Shown here in pieces: positions 28,280 through 46,426 of a DNA stretch of 64,000 nt. The notes below the pieces were generated by a model. That model did no database searches, had not been told where the DNA came from, and was given only the letters and a program-made list of their open reading frames with translations. This stretch comes from the human T2T-CHM13v2.0 reference genome, Homo sapiens. Both the position numbers and the translations under genes were made by a program. Location: NCBI RefSeq assembly GCF_009914755.1, contig NC_060938.1; one strand, given 5' to 3'. Positions within the stretch are counted from its first letter, which is position 1. Each line of letters opens with the position of its first letter.

Positions 28280-30630
28280 TGTATATCTTAATTTTACCTT
28301 TCTTTTTGAAAGCTAACTTGGGAGAATATAGAATTCTAGGTAAGCAGTTTTATTGTTGTTTTAAAACGCTTTGTACATGCTATTCCACTGCCTTATAGCC
28401 TGGATTATTGCTGCTGGGACACCAGCTGTTAATCTTATTGGGTTATAAGTGATGAGTCATATTTCTCTTGCCAATTTCAAGTTTTCTCCTTGTCTTTGAC
28501 TTTGAGCATTTTAGTATAATCTTATTACAGTTGTATAAATCTTTTTTGTAGATCTCCTTGAATTCATCCTATGAAGCTTGTTGTGCTTGTAGAGTGATTT
28601 GCTGTAAAATAAATTTGGGAAGTTTTCAGCCTTTATTTCTTCAAATATATTTTCTATTCTTGTCTATATTTTTTATTCACTTCCATTGTGCTGAGGTTTG
28701 TGTGCTTAATGGTGTCTCACATTTTTCTGAGGTTCTGTTTATTTGTTTTCAATTTTTTAATCTGTATTCTTTTGCTTGAATAAACTCTATAGATCTATCA
28801 TTGTTTTCAAGGGTCCAGGGATGTAAATTGCTGTAAAAATTAATGCAATCAAACTGTGGCTCCTTTGAAGAGCTAGCTTCTGAGGTCTATGGTCAGTATT
28901 TGTTCTGACCAAAGTGGGCTCCTCCCCACTGTCTTAATCATCAATTCTTATTCTATTTTTTCAAAGCAAATGAAATAATTATTGTTCACTGATTCTTTCT
29001 TCTGTCAGTTCCAATCTAGTGATAACATTCTTCTAGTGATTTTTTAAATGCAGCTATTATATTTTTTAACTTCTGAATTTCCAATTTCTTATTTTTACTA
29101 TTTGCATTTTTGTACTAACCTTGTTTCTTTGATATGACATTGTTATCATACCTTTTAATTTTTACTCCTTAATCTTGTTTTCCTTTAGTTCTGTGAACAT
29201 ATTTATAATGGTTACTTTGAATTTATTTTTCTGTTAAATCCAACATCTAGCCATTCTCGTAGACGGTTTTTTCTGACTACTTTTGTTTCTGATGTATTGG
29301 TCATACTCTCCAATCCTTGTAAGAAACTGGATATTTCAGGTAATATATCGAAACATCTTCAGGCACTTCTCCCGTTGGAATATATATTGTTATTTACTTG
29401 TTTATGTTTTTTGTGACTGACCAGATTATTTTAAGAAAAATTATCCTCCCATCACACCTCCCAGTGTTAAACCTCCTATGGTGCTCCTCAGGGAGGCATA
29501 GAATTGGGTATTACCCACAGTCACTCTGCATGAAAGTGGTATTTGTAAGCCTCTCTTTCTCTGCCCACACTCAGCTGTTGAACTCCACTAATTGCCTTCT
29601 GATTGCTCTATGGTTCTCAAAAGCAACTTGGGACATAAATTGCTCTACAAATTAATGCAATCATACTGTGAATCTTTGGACAACTAGTTTCTGAGGTCTA
29701 TATTCAGTATTTGTTCTGACTAAAGTAGACTCCTCTCCACTGTCTTATGCCTCAATTCTCTTCTGCAAACTAACTGACCAATAATCTAAGCTAAATCTTC
29801 ATTCAATCTAGAAACCTCCTGACATTTCTCTTCCACCACATCTTTTCTTGTTCTTTAGAGTCACCACAGACTGGAAATTCTCCAAGTTCTGTTGCAAATG
29901 AGCTTATTGCTTTTAGAAAGATATTAAGAACTGTTGGCTTTATGGCCTGCTTTTCTCCACACAGGCAAAATTGTTGAGCCAAGGTCCTGGAACTGTGAGT
30001 AAGAAAATGACAAACCCATCTCTCAGTGGCACCCCTACTGCAGGAGTTGAGCACTCATTAGAGAAGGTCAGTAACCTGAGATCCTCTTGACTTATCTTTC
30101 CTGGAGCAGAACCACTGCACTGCAAGCCAGGGTAAGCAATAGGCTCCCCCACATTTATAGCACACCACACCCAAGGCAGAGTCCCCGTTTTATGAGTGGA
30201 TGAGAAGAACAGAAACACCACTTATCAACTTCATTTGCCTGGGACTTAGCCTCAGCAAGAGTAGCTGAGGGCAGGATAAGTAACATTGAAGTTCTACTCT
30301 TTCTAGTAAGAAAGCCCTGCAACTGGGAGCTGAGAGAAAGCCCTGTGTTCTTGGTTGAAAAAAAATCTCAAAAGGAGTCTCTATTTCACTGAGCTGGGTT
30401 AAGGGAAGAAGGGAGTAGTCTTAGTTCAAATATCACAAACCCTCACTTTCTTAACAAATTTCCATTTATATTCATAAGTAGATATTTATTCATTTGCTTT
30501 TTTTCCCCTTAGGGATGTCTCCTTTAGGGTTGTTTCCAGAGACTTTGAATGTTTGTTGTTGCTTTTATTACAAGTTTTACTCAGGAGCAGGTTAATGAAA
30601 TTTCTCCTACTGTCATGATGATCAATCTTT
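28280..30630 (-). mobile_element. Old L1M (MC-type) ORF1 and 5' region
   Basis: Antisense L1M ORF1 motifs ('aaatttgggaagttttcagcc.ttatttcttcaaatat', 'gttcactgattctttcttctg'). Confidence 0.7.
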
Positions 30631-30795
30631 TCTGGTGCTTCTATTCTTTACATACAGGAGACTGGGTTGTCAGGTGTTTTCCGTTTTACATGAAGGAATT
30701 GTGTGTTGAGTTTTTAGCATGAGGTCCAGTAAAATCACTCGGAAAGTCCAGCGGGATTCTCTCCAGACACTGGCAAATAAGAATATGTCTCTTTG

Positions 30796-31128
<333 letters not shown>

Positions 31129-31519
31129 TTAAATACAGTACATTCCCTTAAAAATGGCTTAAAGAAAATAAAGTGCTAATGAACCATTGAATTTAACAAA
31201 ATATACACATTTTATGTGTGTAAGTGTATATGTATATATATATTTCATAGATACTCATGTATATGTGCATATATATATGTGTGTGTTTATATATAAATTA
31301 AGGGATCAGAAAGGAGAAAGTCTAGAAAACATTCATTGCGTCTCTCAAATTTATCTTTTTTTTTTGGTGTCTCCAAATTTAAACTCAAGCAAATTTTATG
31401 CTAAAGTTTAAACTCTAAAATTTCACCAAGCTATATAATTTGGATATTAGAAATAAGCAAATCATATTTTTACAAATTTAAGTAATTTTACAATTATGTA
31501 TCTTGGTAAGATAGAGATG

Positions 31520-31700
31520 ACCTTGAATTGAAGGTAAGAGCACATTGCTTTATTGCTAGGACTGTGAGCAATAGCCTATGTTAATTTAAGCAAGTTTCTT
31601 AATATTTATGTTTCCCTATGTGCAAAATTGGATTAATTAAATCTGAATTACATATCATACAGAGGTAGGATTAAAAGCAATAATGTGAACATATTATTTA
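31520..31700 (+). mobile_element. MIR SINE fragment
   Basis: 'taagcaagtttcttaat..gtttccctatgtgcaaaattgg' MIR-core-like. Confidence 0.45.
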
Positions 31701-32689
31701 AAGGCAAAGTGTCACACACATCTTATCTTTAAGTAGAATCCATAAAAAAAAAGAAACAAATCTTCATGGATTCCACATGTATCTACTGAGCAAACGTTAT
31801 TCTAGGCAGACAGGTTTCAGCAATGAGAAATCTAATTCTCATACAACTTATATTCTATTGGTGGATACAGAAAATAAACAAATACATTTATAAATGCAAT
31901 TTGATTTTACTTTAACATAAAAATTATGCTTTTAAATTCCATCCCCAGTTTTGTTTTAAACTGAAATGATTGAAAACTCAAATTAACACATTTCTATAGT
32001 AATAATTTCTCCATGCTGGAGAAATGCACACAGGGAAGGGAGTATCCTTAGAAATACTTACCTGAATATTACACCCCTGGGGGGTTCATAGTTTCCTGAC
32101 ACCACTTTTATTTATGTTCTGATAAAGTAATGTATTTCAGTTTATACAGAATTGCAGTCTATTTATGATTCATAAATATTTATTAATTTCAACAATGTTA
32201 TGACCTTTCTCGGCACAAGTGGGATGATTTCAGAGCCTACCTGAAGAAAGTCCTGCCCTATAATGATGGATGAGATGTCAAACATCCCTTGTATCAGAGA
32301 CTCCTACAGAATCATGGCAATGTGAAAAGACCAATGGCAGCCTTTTCCTGGGAGAAAGTTTTAATTAAGAAGATGGAGGGAGGCATGGATATGGTGCCCA
32401 CCCCCTCATTCTCTGCAGTAGTTAAGGAGGCAGAGTGCAGTCATGGTAATCTCTCTGAATGTTTACATATAGTGTCAGAGTGGTAAATATTCAATAAAAA
32501 TCCAGAATCCTTACTGTGGGTTCATCACTCTACTCGGGCTAATGATTCAAGCTGAATAGAAAATAGGCTGTTACTGCAAATTGCCTAGAGTTAATTAGGG
32601 AAAGGTAACCAAAGAAATACATAAGTTGCCACAAGCAGTATAGTATCTTGACAGCAAGAAGTCCCAAAGAGGAAGATGCTAATTTCTTA

Positions 32690-33265
<576 letters not shown>

Positions 33266-35464
33266 TTATCATTCTGTAATAATTTTGTTCTATTTTTCTT
33301 AAACCAAATATTCAGAAGAGGACTGCATTCTTATGTACAAGTATATCCAAAACGCTCTATTGACAATATTTCAAAAATATTTTTAAAACTCTAAAGTAAA
33401 AATGTATGCATCTTCTTGCATTATTTATATAGAAAGAATTGCGGGAAAATAACCACATTGAGCCAAGGTAATATATTTCAAATTATTAAAATAGTGTTTT
33501 CCAATCTTCAGATTTTAAAAATTATATGAAGCCAAGATATTACTGAAATTGATCATAGTCTAGCTATGGAGACAAGTTTCACAAAATACAAATCCTAACA
33601 CAAGCATTTTTTGTGCACTAAAATGCACCCAAAAAACACAAAAGAAGATGTAAAAAGTTATACCTTCTGGAGAACAAAATTTTATTGCTATTCTTTGGTC
33701 CACTATCACACAAACTCCGACGTATGCCACAGAGGAGTTCAACTCTGTATGTTTTCGAAATACATATAAACCTTGACAGAATTTTATTATCCTTATTAAA
33801 TATAGAGAAACCCCCCTGCCTACTTAATATCAAGTTGCTTTTTGTATAGAGCTGGTTCAATAAAGCTTGAAGAGACCTACCTGCATGATGGATTTTTCTT
33901 TGGGTAAATAGTTGGGTGTTTCGTTCTGAATTAGCAGAATGAAGCTTGACAAGCTTGCACAATGTTCTGCTATGCAAGTATGAGTCAATGTTGTAAGGCT
34001 TTAGGTTACTTCCTTTTCTAAAAATTAAAAAAAAATGTAATCTGCCATCTGTAAAAAGCTAGATATGAAATAAAAATTATTCTCCTTTCAAAACTTGTTC
34101 ATTTCCCAGAAAGGCATGCTTTTCTCCATTAAGAAAAAGTTCAACCACACAAATTAAGAGCAGCCTACTTTTCAGTTCCAAACATATATTGTGGGATATA
34201 AGGAAGGCAGGAAGAAACGGTGAGAAATAAAAGGGGCTCTGGAGGCTCATGCCCAAGAAGTTTTCAATCACAGTTTAAAATTAAGTGTCTCAAATCAGGA
34301 TTTAATTTACAGTTTAAGATTTAGTAAGACAGTCATTGCATGTTAATTAAACAGCAATGGATCATTTACCAACCTGTTTAATGAGGTGTAACAACTATTG
34401 AATATAAAACATACTGACATTATTATAACATTGCCATTAACTTTCAATAAATCTGTTTGAATAATTATTGGTATTTAAGTACTATAAAATCCCTAACATA
34501 ACTAGGCATACCTATTTATATTTAATAAAACAGGAATTTTATTGTAGGAATAATTAAATTCCCAGGACCACATTCCTATTTTTGTATGGTGAACAAATCC
34601 TTTCTGCAACAGTGGGAGTTGCAGCTCCACTAAATGAAGAATTCAGGAGAGAAGAATTCAGCCCACACTGAAGGAACTATTATTCCATCATTATTTTTAG
34701 AATCTCACATTTTGTTAGGGGCAAAGCTTACCTTTCCATTCATTAATAAATATAATTGGAAGAGTTGTTCCTCTGTTATTTTTTTAATGGAGAATCATAA
34801 ATCCTTACTTCCCTTCTGCTTACACAGGGTAGACTGGGAAGACCCTGCCTAAGAATCTGATTTAACCTGTGGTGCAGAAAAGCACTAATTTTGATGTTGG
34901 GAGGATTTTGTGCACCCAGCAAGGAGCAGAGCACTCTGCTGACTGCCGTAATATAGGTAACAGACCTTATTTGGTGCATGTGTCACTAGGCCGCCCATGT
35001 GATGAGAAAGATATGATGCCATAGAGAACTGATCTACTCTAAATAATAAAGTAAGTACAATGCTATGGTGCTGAGAGCAATTTCAAAAGGTCTGTGGGTG
35101 GAGGGAGAGCAAGCGGAGTTTAGCAAGATGGTAGGAATATGGAGCTGTGTATGGGATAATATTTGGTATCAATGACTTGAAAGATCTGTATTACTAAGAT
35201 CTGTATTACTAGTATCTAAGTTTTGCGTTATAATTTATCAATGTAACACTTGCCTCATTTACCCAGATTTTTAAATAAAAGTGTGCTGTTTACTCCAGAG
35301 AGTAAATAGATTGATAATGATGTTGTATGAAAAGCACATGATATGTTCTGAAGACAGAGACAGGATCAGGAGTTCAGTGGAAGGTGGATATGCCATAAGG
35401 GAAAATGTGAACACCCAAACAATACCATTAATCATTTATTGGGAGCTCAAACCCTTTTTTCCCC

Positions 35465-35826
35465 TTTTAACAAATTTCTAAGTGAACAATACAATATTGT
35501 TGAATATGTGCACAATGGTGTAGCAAATGCCAGAATTCATTCCTCTTATACAACTGAAACTTTATACCTATTGATCAGCAACCTCCCATTTCTTCCTTTC
35601 CCCAGGCCCTGAAAACCATCATTCTACTCTTGATAGATAACTAGATAAAAGAAAATATGGTATATACACACAATGACATAGCATTCAACCTTTAAAAGAA
35701 GAAAATCTTGCCATAGACAACACTATGGATAAACGGAAGGATATTAGGCTGAGTGAAATAAGCCAATCAGAGGAGGTAAATACTCATAAATCCACTTATA
35801 TGAGGTAGCTGAAATAGTCAAAATCA
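35465..35826 (-). mobile_element. L1MA9/MB1-type 3' fragment with inverted segment
   Basis: Antisense 3' UTR at 35465-35630 joined directly to a sense ORF2-end/3' UTR piece at 35631-35826. Confidence 0.75.
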
Positions 35827-37130
35827 AATGTTTATGTAAATTCTGAAGGTAAGATGACCCTGTGAGGCTGGAAGACTTGCTTGAGTATCAGGTTTTGTTA
35901 AGTTTAGCAGAGCTCAACATGGTGCCAAGTGCTGTTAGTTCTACCGAAGGATAAGATATAAACTCTATTATCAAGTTGGATACAAACAGAACAATAGAGA
36001 ATGGAAAACAGTCAGAGTCTATTTAAGTGCTAGCTATGTAAAACTGAAGTTTTATGAAGAGGAGATTTTAAAAAGCAGGAGAATCAATGAAGACTTAGGA
36101 AGGCTTTTTATAGTAGGAATTTAATTACTCCATAATGAGCAGAGATTGGGTAAGGAAAGGTGCATAGACTAGGCATTTCAAGGCAGGGTAAAAGCTTGAG
36201 AGAATATATGTGTGGAAGCATCTTAGCGTCATAAAAAAAATCACAACACTAAGAAAATGAGAACTTTGTAAACAGATAAAAGTCTGTGTTCTTATTAGGG
36301 CAGATAAAATGGAATCATTGCTAAATATCTTATTACTGATTAAAAAGAGTTTAGATTCACCATCAGAAGAAACGTTGAGTCACTGATAGATTTTGAGTCA
36401 AGAGATGCCTTGTCAGAAATTATCTATCTCTATCATCATTCCTTATCAATGTGTGGGTTGTAATTCATATAGACTCCAGCAGTAATTTGATAGAATTATA
36501 TCATCTTCACTTCCTTGTATGGCTAATTTGTTTCGTCAAACAGGTCAACATATGTCTTAAATTTACATATTCAGATTTTTTAATCATAAAATATCTTTGT
36601 TACTTTGAACACCTTGCAACAACAAACTGCATTCGTTTAAAGACAGGAATTCCCCATATGTCTGAGGAAATATTTCTCAGAGACCTCCAAAAGTTATGCA
36701 TTATGCTTGCATCAAGCTTAATGTTTACATTAAGCCTACTTGAACAATTGAAATAGTGTCTGTTAACAGTTTTGAAGTAACGAAGTTATAGCAATTTCTA
36801 ACATAAATGAGTAGTGAAAGAGAAAATATTAAATGAATTATAAAGATGGGGCTTATTACAGGAGAGAACTATGGAAAAAATGGATATTCAGATAGTATAG
36901 ACTAGGTTCATTGTCTACTTTGAGGAGACATGGAACACCACCCACAGAGGGCAGGGTGCATTAAGCCATCAAATATACTAAGGTCTAGGAATATTGTTTT
37001 GGAATCTGTGTCATCCGCCTCAGAAAGGTTGGCAAAGACATTCGTAGATAATACAGAGCCTTGGAATAAAAGCAAACCCTGAAGAAAGAAAATAAGCCCT
37101 CAGCTGCAATAATGCCAGTACCATTTTTAT

Positions 37131-37131
<1 letters not shown>

Positions 37132-37172
<41 letters not shown>
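37132..37172. repeat. (CA)n microsatellite, about 20 units, followed by imperfect CA and GA repeats to ~37245
   Basis: Read directly from the sequence. Confidence 0.98.
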
Positions 37173-37174
<2 letters not shown>

Positions 37175-38568
37175 CGCCACACATACACAAACACATACAC
37201 ACATTCGAGAGAGAGGGAGAGAAAATACGAGAGGCAGTGAGAGAGAAATAAGATATAATACAAATAATAGACTTTTGCCATGTAAGAAGTTTGCATTTTC
37301 TTTGGAAGGAAATGAATATTTACTGTGTAGCAGTGTTTGCCTAGTTAATTTAGGATGAAAAGAGCTTTGATTATGAGCGGTAAAAAAAAAAAAAAATTAA
37401 CTCTGTTTTGACTTGTCACTCCTTATTTCACAGGACCAGAATTCAAATGTTGCCCAAGCAATGCTAGCCTTGGCTTAGAAAAGGCCCTATTAACATCTGG
37501 CTAAGCAAAGATAACTATGTGTACTAATTATAAGAAGTGCAAAAATATCCAGATTCTTAACTTGTTGTGTGAACTGATGTTTCACAAGGGAGGATGATTG
37601 AAACATTAAATCAAATAGGGGTGGGAAAATAGCTTTGAAGAGGAATTACGTGAGAATTCAAATGGTGTAGTAAATTCATTATGGTGTAGTAAGGGTCTTC
37701 TCTGAAAAGCTACGCTGCTCTAAGCACATTTGAATGACAGGCAATATTTACAAAGAGAAAGCCAAATGACCAAAGCCAGGTTCAGAACCATTTGCATTTC
37801 CATGGACAAAAAAAATAAAATAAAATAAAAAACAAGGAAAGGAGTGGAGTATTGTTTTGAGGAGTAACAAGAATAAATATTGTCCAAAGGAGGCTGATAT
37901 TGGGTCCACTAAGCTCTCCGGAAACTTCTGTGAAAATGAGAAAAAATTTCTACCCTTAAATGTAAGTTTGATTAAGGGCTAGGTTGGTAGTATCTTTTAT
38001 AAATTTTTTAAAATTCCTTTCTGTGTACTTATATGGCTACAAAATACACAGTTGTTTGGTGTTTACAGGTTCCTGCTAGGGGAAAAATATATTACTGCAC
38101 CCAACTTGGCATTCAGGTTTATGAGGAATACATACTAGTGAGAAAGAGAACAAAGCCACAACATGCTAATCCGGACCTGAGCAAAGCTGCCTGCTGCCTC
38201 TGGACTGGTACTTTAATGTTTCTAACATGAGCATGAGAAGGGTAGCCACAACTTGTCATTGTAAGACCTGGCTCTAGACAGAAGACTGGGGCAAGTATCC
38301 AACAACCACAGAATCACTAGATAAGTAGCCATTAACCAGATGGAGAAAGAGCATTCAAAGTAAAAATAATAAACATTCTATAAAAATAAATAAAATATAT
38401 TGGTAATTTTAATAAGTTACTGGCTATAAAGGCTATTATGTGTGGTTTAAAATAAAAGTGAATTTAAAATTCAGGTAAAGAATATCACATTGGTTGGAGG
38501 GGAGTGACCAATAGGTAGTTGATGCTTGCAAAATTCCTTGTGCCCTGAAAATTTAAAGACATCCTTCA

Positions 38569-39048
<480 letters not shown>

Positions 39049-39219
39049 TTATGAGGGTTTCGCTGTGCTAAAATATGACCACTAAGTATCATTTACACTG
39101 GTGTTGTTTTGGTTCTGACTACTTGTCTACTGTAGGTTGAGCTTGGCCTGGCTCCTTGTAATCATCATTCTATGACTGAGGCTGTTGCAGAAGTTTAAAT
39201 TTGAAAATCTCTAGTCATG

Positions 39220-39406
39220 TGTACATATATATACATATATATATATGTATATATATACACACACGTATATATGCATATAAACACATGCGTGTGTATATAT
39301 CTATATAAATATATAAATTTTAATTTGTATATACAAATTTTAATTTATATATAAACTATATACATAAATTTTAATTTATATATAAATTTCATATACATAA
39401 ATTTTA
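39220..39406. repeat. (TA)n plus AT-rich minisatellite (unit about aaattttaatttatatat), continuing at 42256-42370
   Basis: Repeated 'aaattttaattt' units on both sides of the L1. Confidence 0.85.
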
Positions 39407-42267
<2,861 letters not shown>

Positions 42268-42369
42268 TTATACAATATAAATTTTATATATAATATATAC
42301 AAATTTTAATTTTAAAAAATGTTTAAATGTTTAAAATTATATATAAACACACACATATATACCCATAAT

Positions 42370-42503
42370 TTAAAAAATATTTACGGGGTCTCTCTATGTT
42401 GTTCATTACCCAGGCTGGTCTCAAACTTCTGGCCTCAAGCAATCCTCCTGCCTCAGCCTCCCTAACATGCTGGGATAACCAGAGTAAGCCACTCTGTCTG
42501 GCC
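42370..42503 (-). mobile_element. FLAM_C Alu monomer
   Basis: 'cccaggctggtctcaaacttctggcctcaagcaatcctcctgcctcagcctccc..gccactctgtctggcc'. Confidence 0.85.
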
Positions 42504-42769
42504 AGGAATGTCTAGTCTTCTGACAGAGGAAAAAGAGATGATAGCGAATCACATACTGGCCTGCAATGGTTCTGCTCATGGATGACAGGTGTTACTTTCA
42601 CTCAAATGTCATTGGGAAAATCAAATCATGTGGCAAGAGTAACACTGATGAAATAAAAAGTATAATTTTTCAGGGAAGGGCACCACGGTGAGGGGTGTTG
42701 CAGGGAGAGGCAGCAACAACGTCAAAATTAATATGCTAGTTAAGAGAAAACGCACCATATGACATTGTA

Positions 42770-44380
42770 AATGAGTCAAAATATATCAATAATCACAATT
42801 AAAGTAAATTGGCAAAAGTAACTCATTTATAGAGAGTTTTACATTTTTCATGGTAGTAAAACTACATGTTGCTTTAAAAAAGAATTCTACTACAAATGCG
42901 TACAATAAGTCTCAAAATAGGTTAATCAAAAAACATACAGCAAGCAATTCCTAACCAAACCAAAGGTGCTACAGTAGCAGAATCATTAGCAGAAAAAAAT
43001 AGAATTTAAGTCAATAAGCTTTAACAGAAATAGCCACCCAAGAAAATATTCACCAAGTAAATTTAAGCATCACCAATATTTAGCATCTAAAACCACAGCT
43101 TCAAAAATATAAATAAAAAATATGAAAATCATAAGTAGAAACCAACAAAATAGAAACATGGGAGACTTCATTATATTACTATGAGAAGCTAAGGGTGTGC
43201 ATAGTAAATCTGAAAAGTAAAATTAAAATATTTTCTTACATAGATGTAGACAGACACATGATAGAGAGAGCTCTAACATCGATTTATATAATTTTTCACC
43301 TAACAATTAAAGTATGCGTTAAGTTCAGGATACATTGAAATTTACAAACTGGCTACAAACAAAGTCAAAGAGTAAATTCAAGTAAATCTCAAAGACCATT
43401 ATAACAAGATATTATGATCTGTGACTTTAATGCAATTAAATTGGAAAATAAGCGTTAAGCAACTATACAACTCATATCTATTTATAAATTAATATATACA
43501 TTAAATGTATTTAGTATTAGATGCAAACAAAATAATTTCATAGCAAAAACGTGTAGGGTGAGTATAGTGATATTTGAGAACAAAGTATCTGAAGAGAAAA
43601 TTATATAAAATAACAAATTTTTTTGTTTTGTTTAGTTTTTTAATGAGATCTTTTTACATACATTAGTCTGTCAGAGAGTCCTATGTGCCAAGTATTGGAG
43701 AGCAGTGGAGCAAGAGATAGATAATGACACCATAAATTAGAAGTACCACTTTAGAGAACAAATATGACCATACCTGGTAAAGAGAAAGCTAGGCACACCC
43801 CACTATCTGGATATATAGACCATGGAACCTCTTGCACAAGCACCCAGGGACACATCTGAACGAATGTTCATTTCAGTGTTATTTGAAATAATAAAGAATT
43901 CACAAAAGGGTTCTCAACTAAAGAATTCATAAATATTATGAAACGTTCATGAAGTACAACTCTATAATCAGCAGCTGAAATTAATGAACTAGAGCTGCAT
44001 GAATCAAATGTTTAAAATTATGGAACGATGTGCAGTGGAAAATAAGCAAGTTGTGTAATGATAACTATGAGAGTATGGGAACATTTATAAAAATTTTTTA
44101 AACATTCAGGAACTATTGTTGATTATACATTTGCATTCAAGGATTAAAACACAACAAATTAAGAATAGCAGTTACATTTTTCAGGAGTAGGCTGGGGAAT
44201 GTGTTTAGGGAATTGTTCTCAAAGGGTTGTAGCTGTATAAGATTTTATTTTTTACAAATAACAAAATGAAAATATGTGAAGCAAATAGAGAAACATATTA
44301 AGACTAATTAAGCTGGATGGGGGGGTATATGGTTGTTTTCATCTTAGTCTTTTGAATTTGTGTAAGGCTGAAACAATGCA
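42770..44380 (+). mobile_element. Old L1M/L1ME ORF2 and 3' fragments
   Basis: Degenerate sense EN-region motifs ('atatatcaataatcaca', 'atgggagacttca') and L1ME 3' UTR-like sequence. Confidence 0.6.
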
Positions 44381-45366
44381 TGATTAAGGTAAAGAGAAAT
44401 GACTAAAGACATTTGGAGAAGGAGAGAAAGCCACACTATAAGTATGTGGCTTGATGTTCCCATGTATGGTTTCACCTCGTGTTTGCAGTCGTCCCTTATT
44501 TACCTTCTACCTTATCTGGACCACACTTTCATCATTTTTATCTTCTCCACACATGCTCCTAATCTTCAGCTTTTCCCCAACTAAAATACAGACTGTCTCC
44601 CTAACAGTCCATGTTGAGAATTGGCTGACCACAGCAAGAAATATTTTCTGTCAGATCACATGGACCATGCTCTCTGCTCACCTCTATAGATCCTGAGATT
44701 GGAGAATTCTTTCTGTTACAATAGTCTTTGAATAAAATATCTGCTTATCTTAGTGTGAATTTTATTGGACTGTTTTAAGGTAATGGGATAATTAGATGTG
44801 GCCCTAAGCTCTAGTCTATGTACTTCTCCGACCTTAGTACATGTACTACTAAAATTATCATTGAGGTCAGGTTTGTAAAAGAAAAGTTCAATCATTTTTT
44901 TTCTTAGCTTGATCTGAAAGGATGACAAACATAAATTGTTGTTGTTGTTTTGCTATTTTCCTCTGAGATAAGACAATCATACCTTCTGGCAAGTCTGGAA
45001 CAGTTTACACTATAAAATTTTACACCTATTACAAATTAACACCTGTTCATTTTTTAGCATCCTTTATTTTAACTTTCAAAGAAGTTTCAGTTTAGATAAC
45101 ACATATACAGTCAACCTACTTAAAAACATTTAAATATTTAGACATGAGTAGATTCTATAATCTCTAGGGAAAGTTTAAATGTAAAAAATCCAAAGACAAA
45201 ACTAATATAATGTCTATCTCCTCTTCTACCCTCAGCTGTGGTTTGGCTGAAATTCACCATGGGATGGGGCTGGTGTGTGCTCTCTCATTTCCTTCTCTTT
45301 TGTTTCTGCTATGTTGGGGTGGGAGAGGAGGAAGAATACTGGCCAAAGTCAAATACTAATCTGAGA

Positions 45367-45653
45367 GTCTGGGTGCAGTGGCTCGCACCTGTAATCCCAC
45401 CACTTAGGGAGGCTGAGGCAGGCAGATCACTTGAGGCCAGGAGTTTGAGAGCAGCCTAGCCCCATCTCTATTAAAAATACAAAAATTAGCTGGGCGTGGT
45501 GGTGCCCACCTGTAATCCCAGCTACTCCAGAGCCTGAGGCATGAGAATCACTTGAAACTGGAGGCGGAAGTTTCAGTGAACCGAGATTGTGCCACTCACT
45601 CCAGTCTTGGAAACAGAACAAGAGTGTCTCAGAAAACAAAAACAAAAACAAAA
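45367..45653 (+). mobile_element. AluJ/Sz-type SINE with small internal deletion
   Basis: Dimer. TSD (c)aaatactaatctgaga(g) at about 45350-45367 and 45654-45671. Confidence 0.93.
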
Positions 45654-46426
45654 CAAATACTAATCTGAGAGATTTTTTAGTTTGCCATAGGCTGTAGTTA
45701 CTTCTTTAGGTGAGACTTACTGGGCTTTGAGGTCCAGTCCAGCCTGCTTTGCTGGGTCCTAGTGTGTTCTTTCTGGAATCTTTGCATGGACAGGATAGTG
45801 CATCTTCAAGACACAATTTCCTCAAGTGGGAAATCCCCTCTGCTTAGACATCTTTAAATGATGGTGAGGTGCTGGAGGAACAGGGCAGTTTAATCCCCTC
45901 TGAATAAGCCCTGCCAAGATTTTTGGGTCCCCAAGTGCTTACCACACTCTAGTTTGGAGAATATTTGAAATTTCTCTGCCCTCCTCTTTCATTTCAGAGC
46001 AGCAGGAAATGGACCTGAATATCCTCTTAGCAGCCATGACTGGATGCCAAATGGGACAAAGAAGGTGAGTCAAGGGTGACTTGCAAGATCCTCCAGTCAT
46101 GATGGTGTTGAAGTTTCCTGAGACTATGCCTGTGGCCTACTGAGTGGTCGAAATTCTCTATCAACTGGTAACTTGAAAAGCATGAATATTCTGACTCTAT
46201 TCCCTGCCATTATCTTGAGAAACAGCCTCCCTTTCAGATCAGGAAGAAGGAGTCCTTGCAGAGCTTAAATGTAAATGTAAACTCTAATTTCTATTTTGAT
46301 GTTAACTTAAAGCAAGTTTTGGTTTGTTTCCCTTTTTTGTTTTGTTCTGTTTTGTTTCTAGGATGTCATGACTCATTAGTGTAAACAGGAGGAAGTTGAC
46401 TACTTCAATTTTCTCAGCAAAGATAC

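Noticed and set aside
26639-28398. Cluster of 70-198 aa ORFs in GC-richer sequence, resembling a gene or CpG island
   Set aside because: It lies in the L1 ORF1 antisense strand and 5' UTR. CpGs are largely decayed.
31732-31776. Short inverted repeat (gtagaatccat..atggattccac), and similar ones near 15100-15145 and 20853-20875, as RNA hairpins
   Set aside because: Stems are 7-11 bp and expected by chance in AT-rich DNA. No ncRNA family features.
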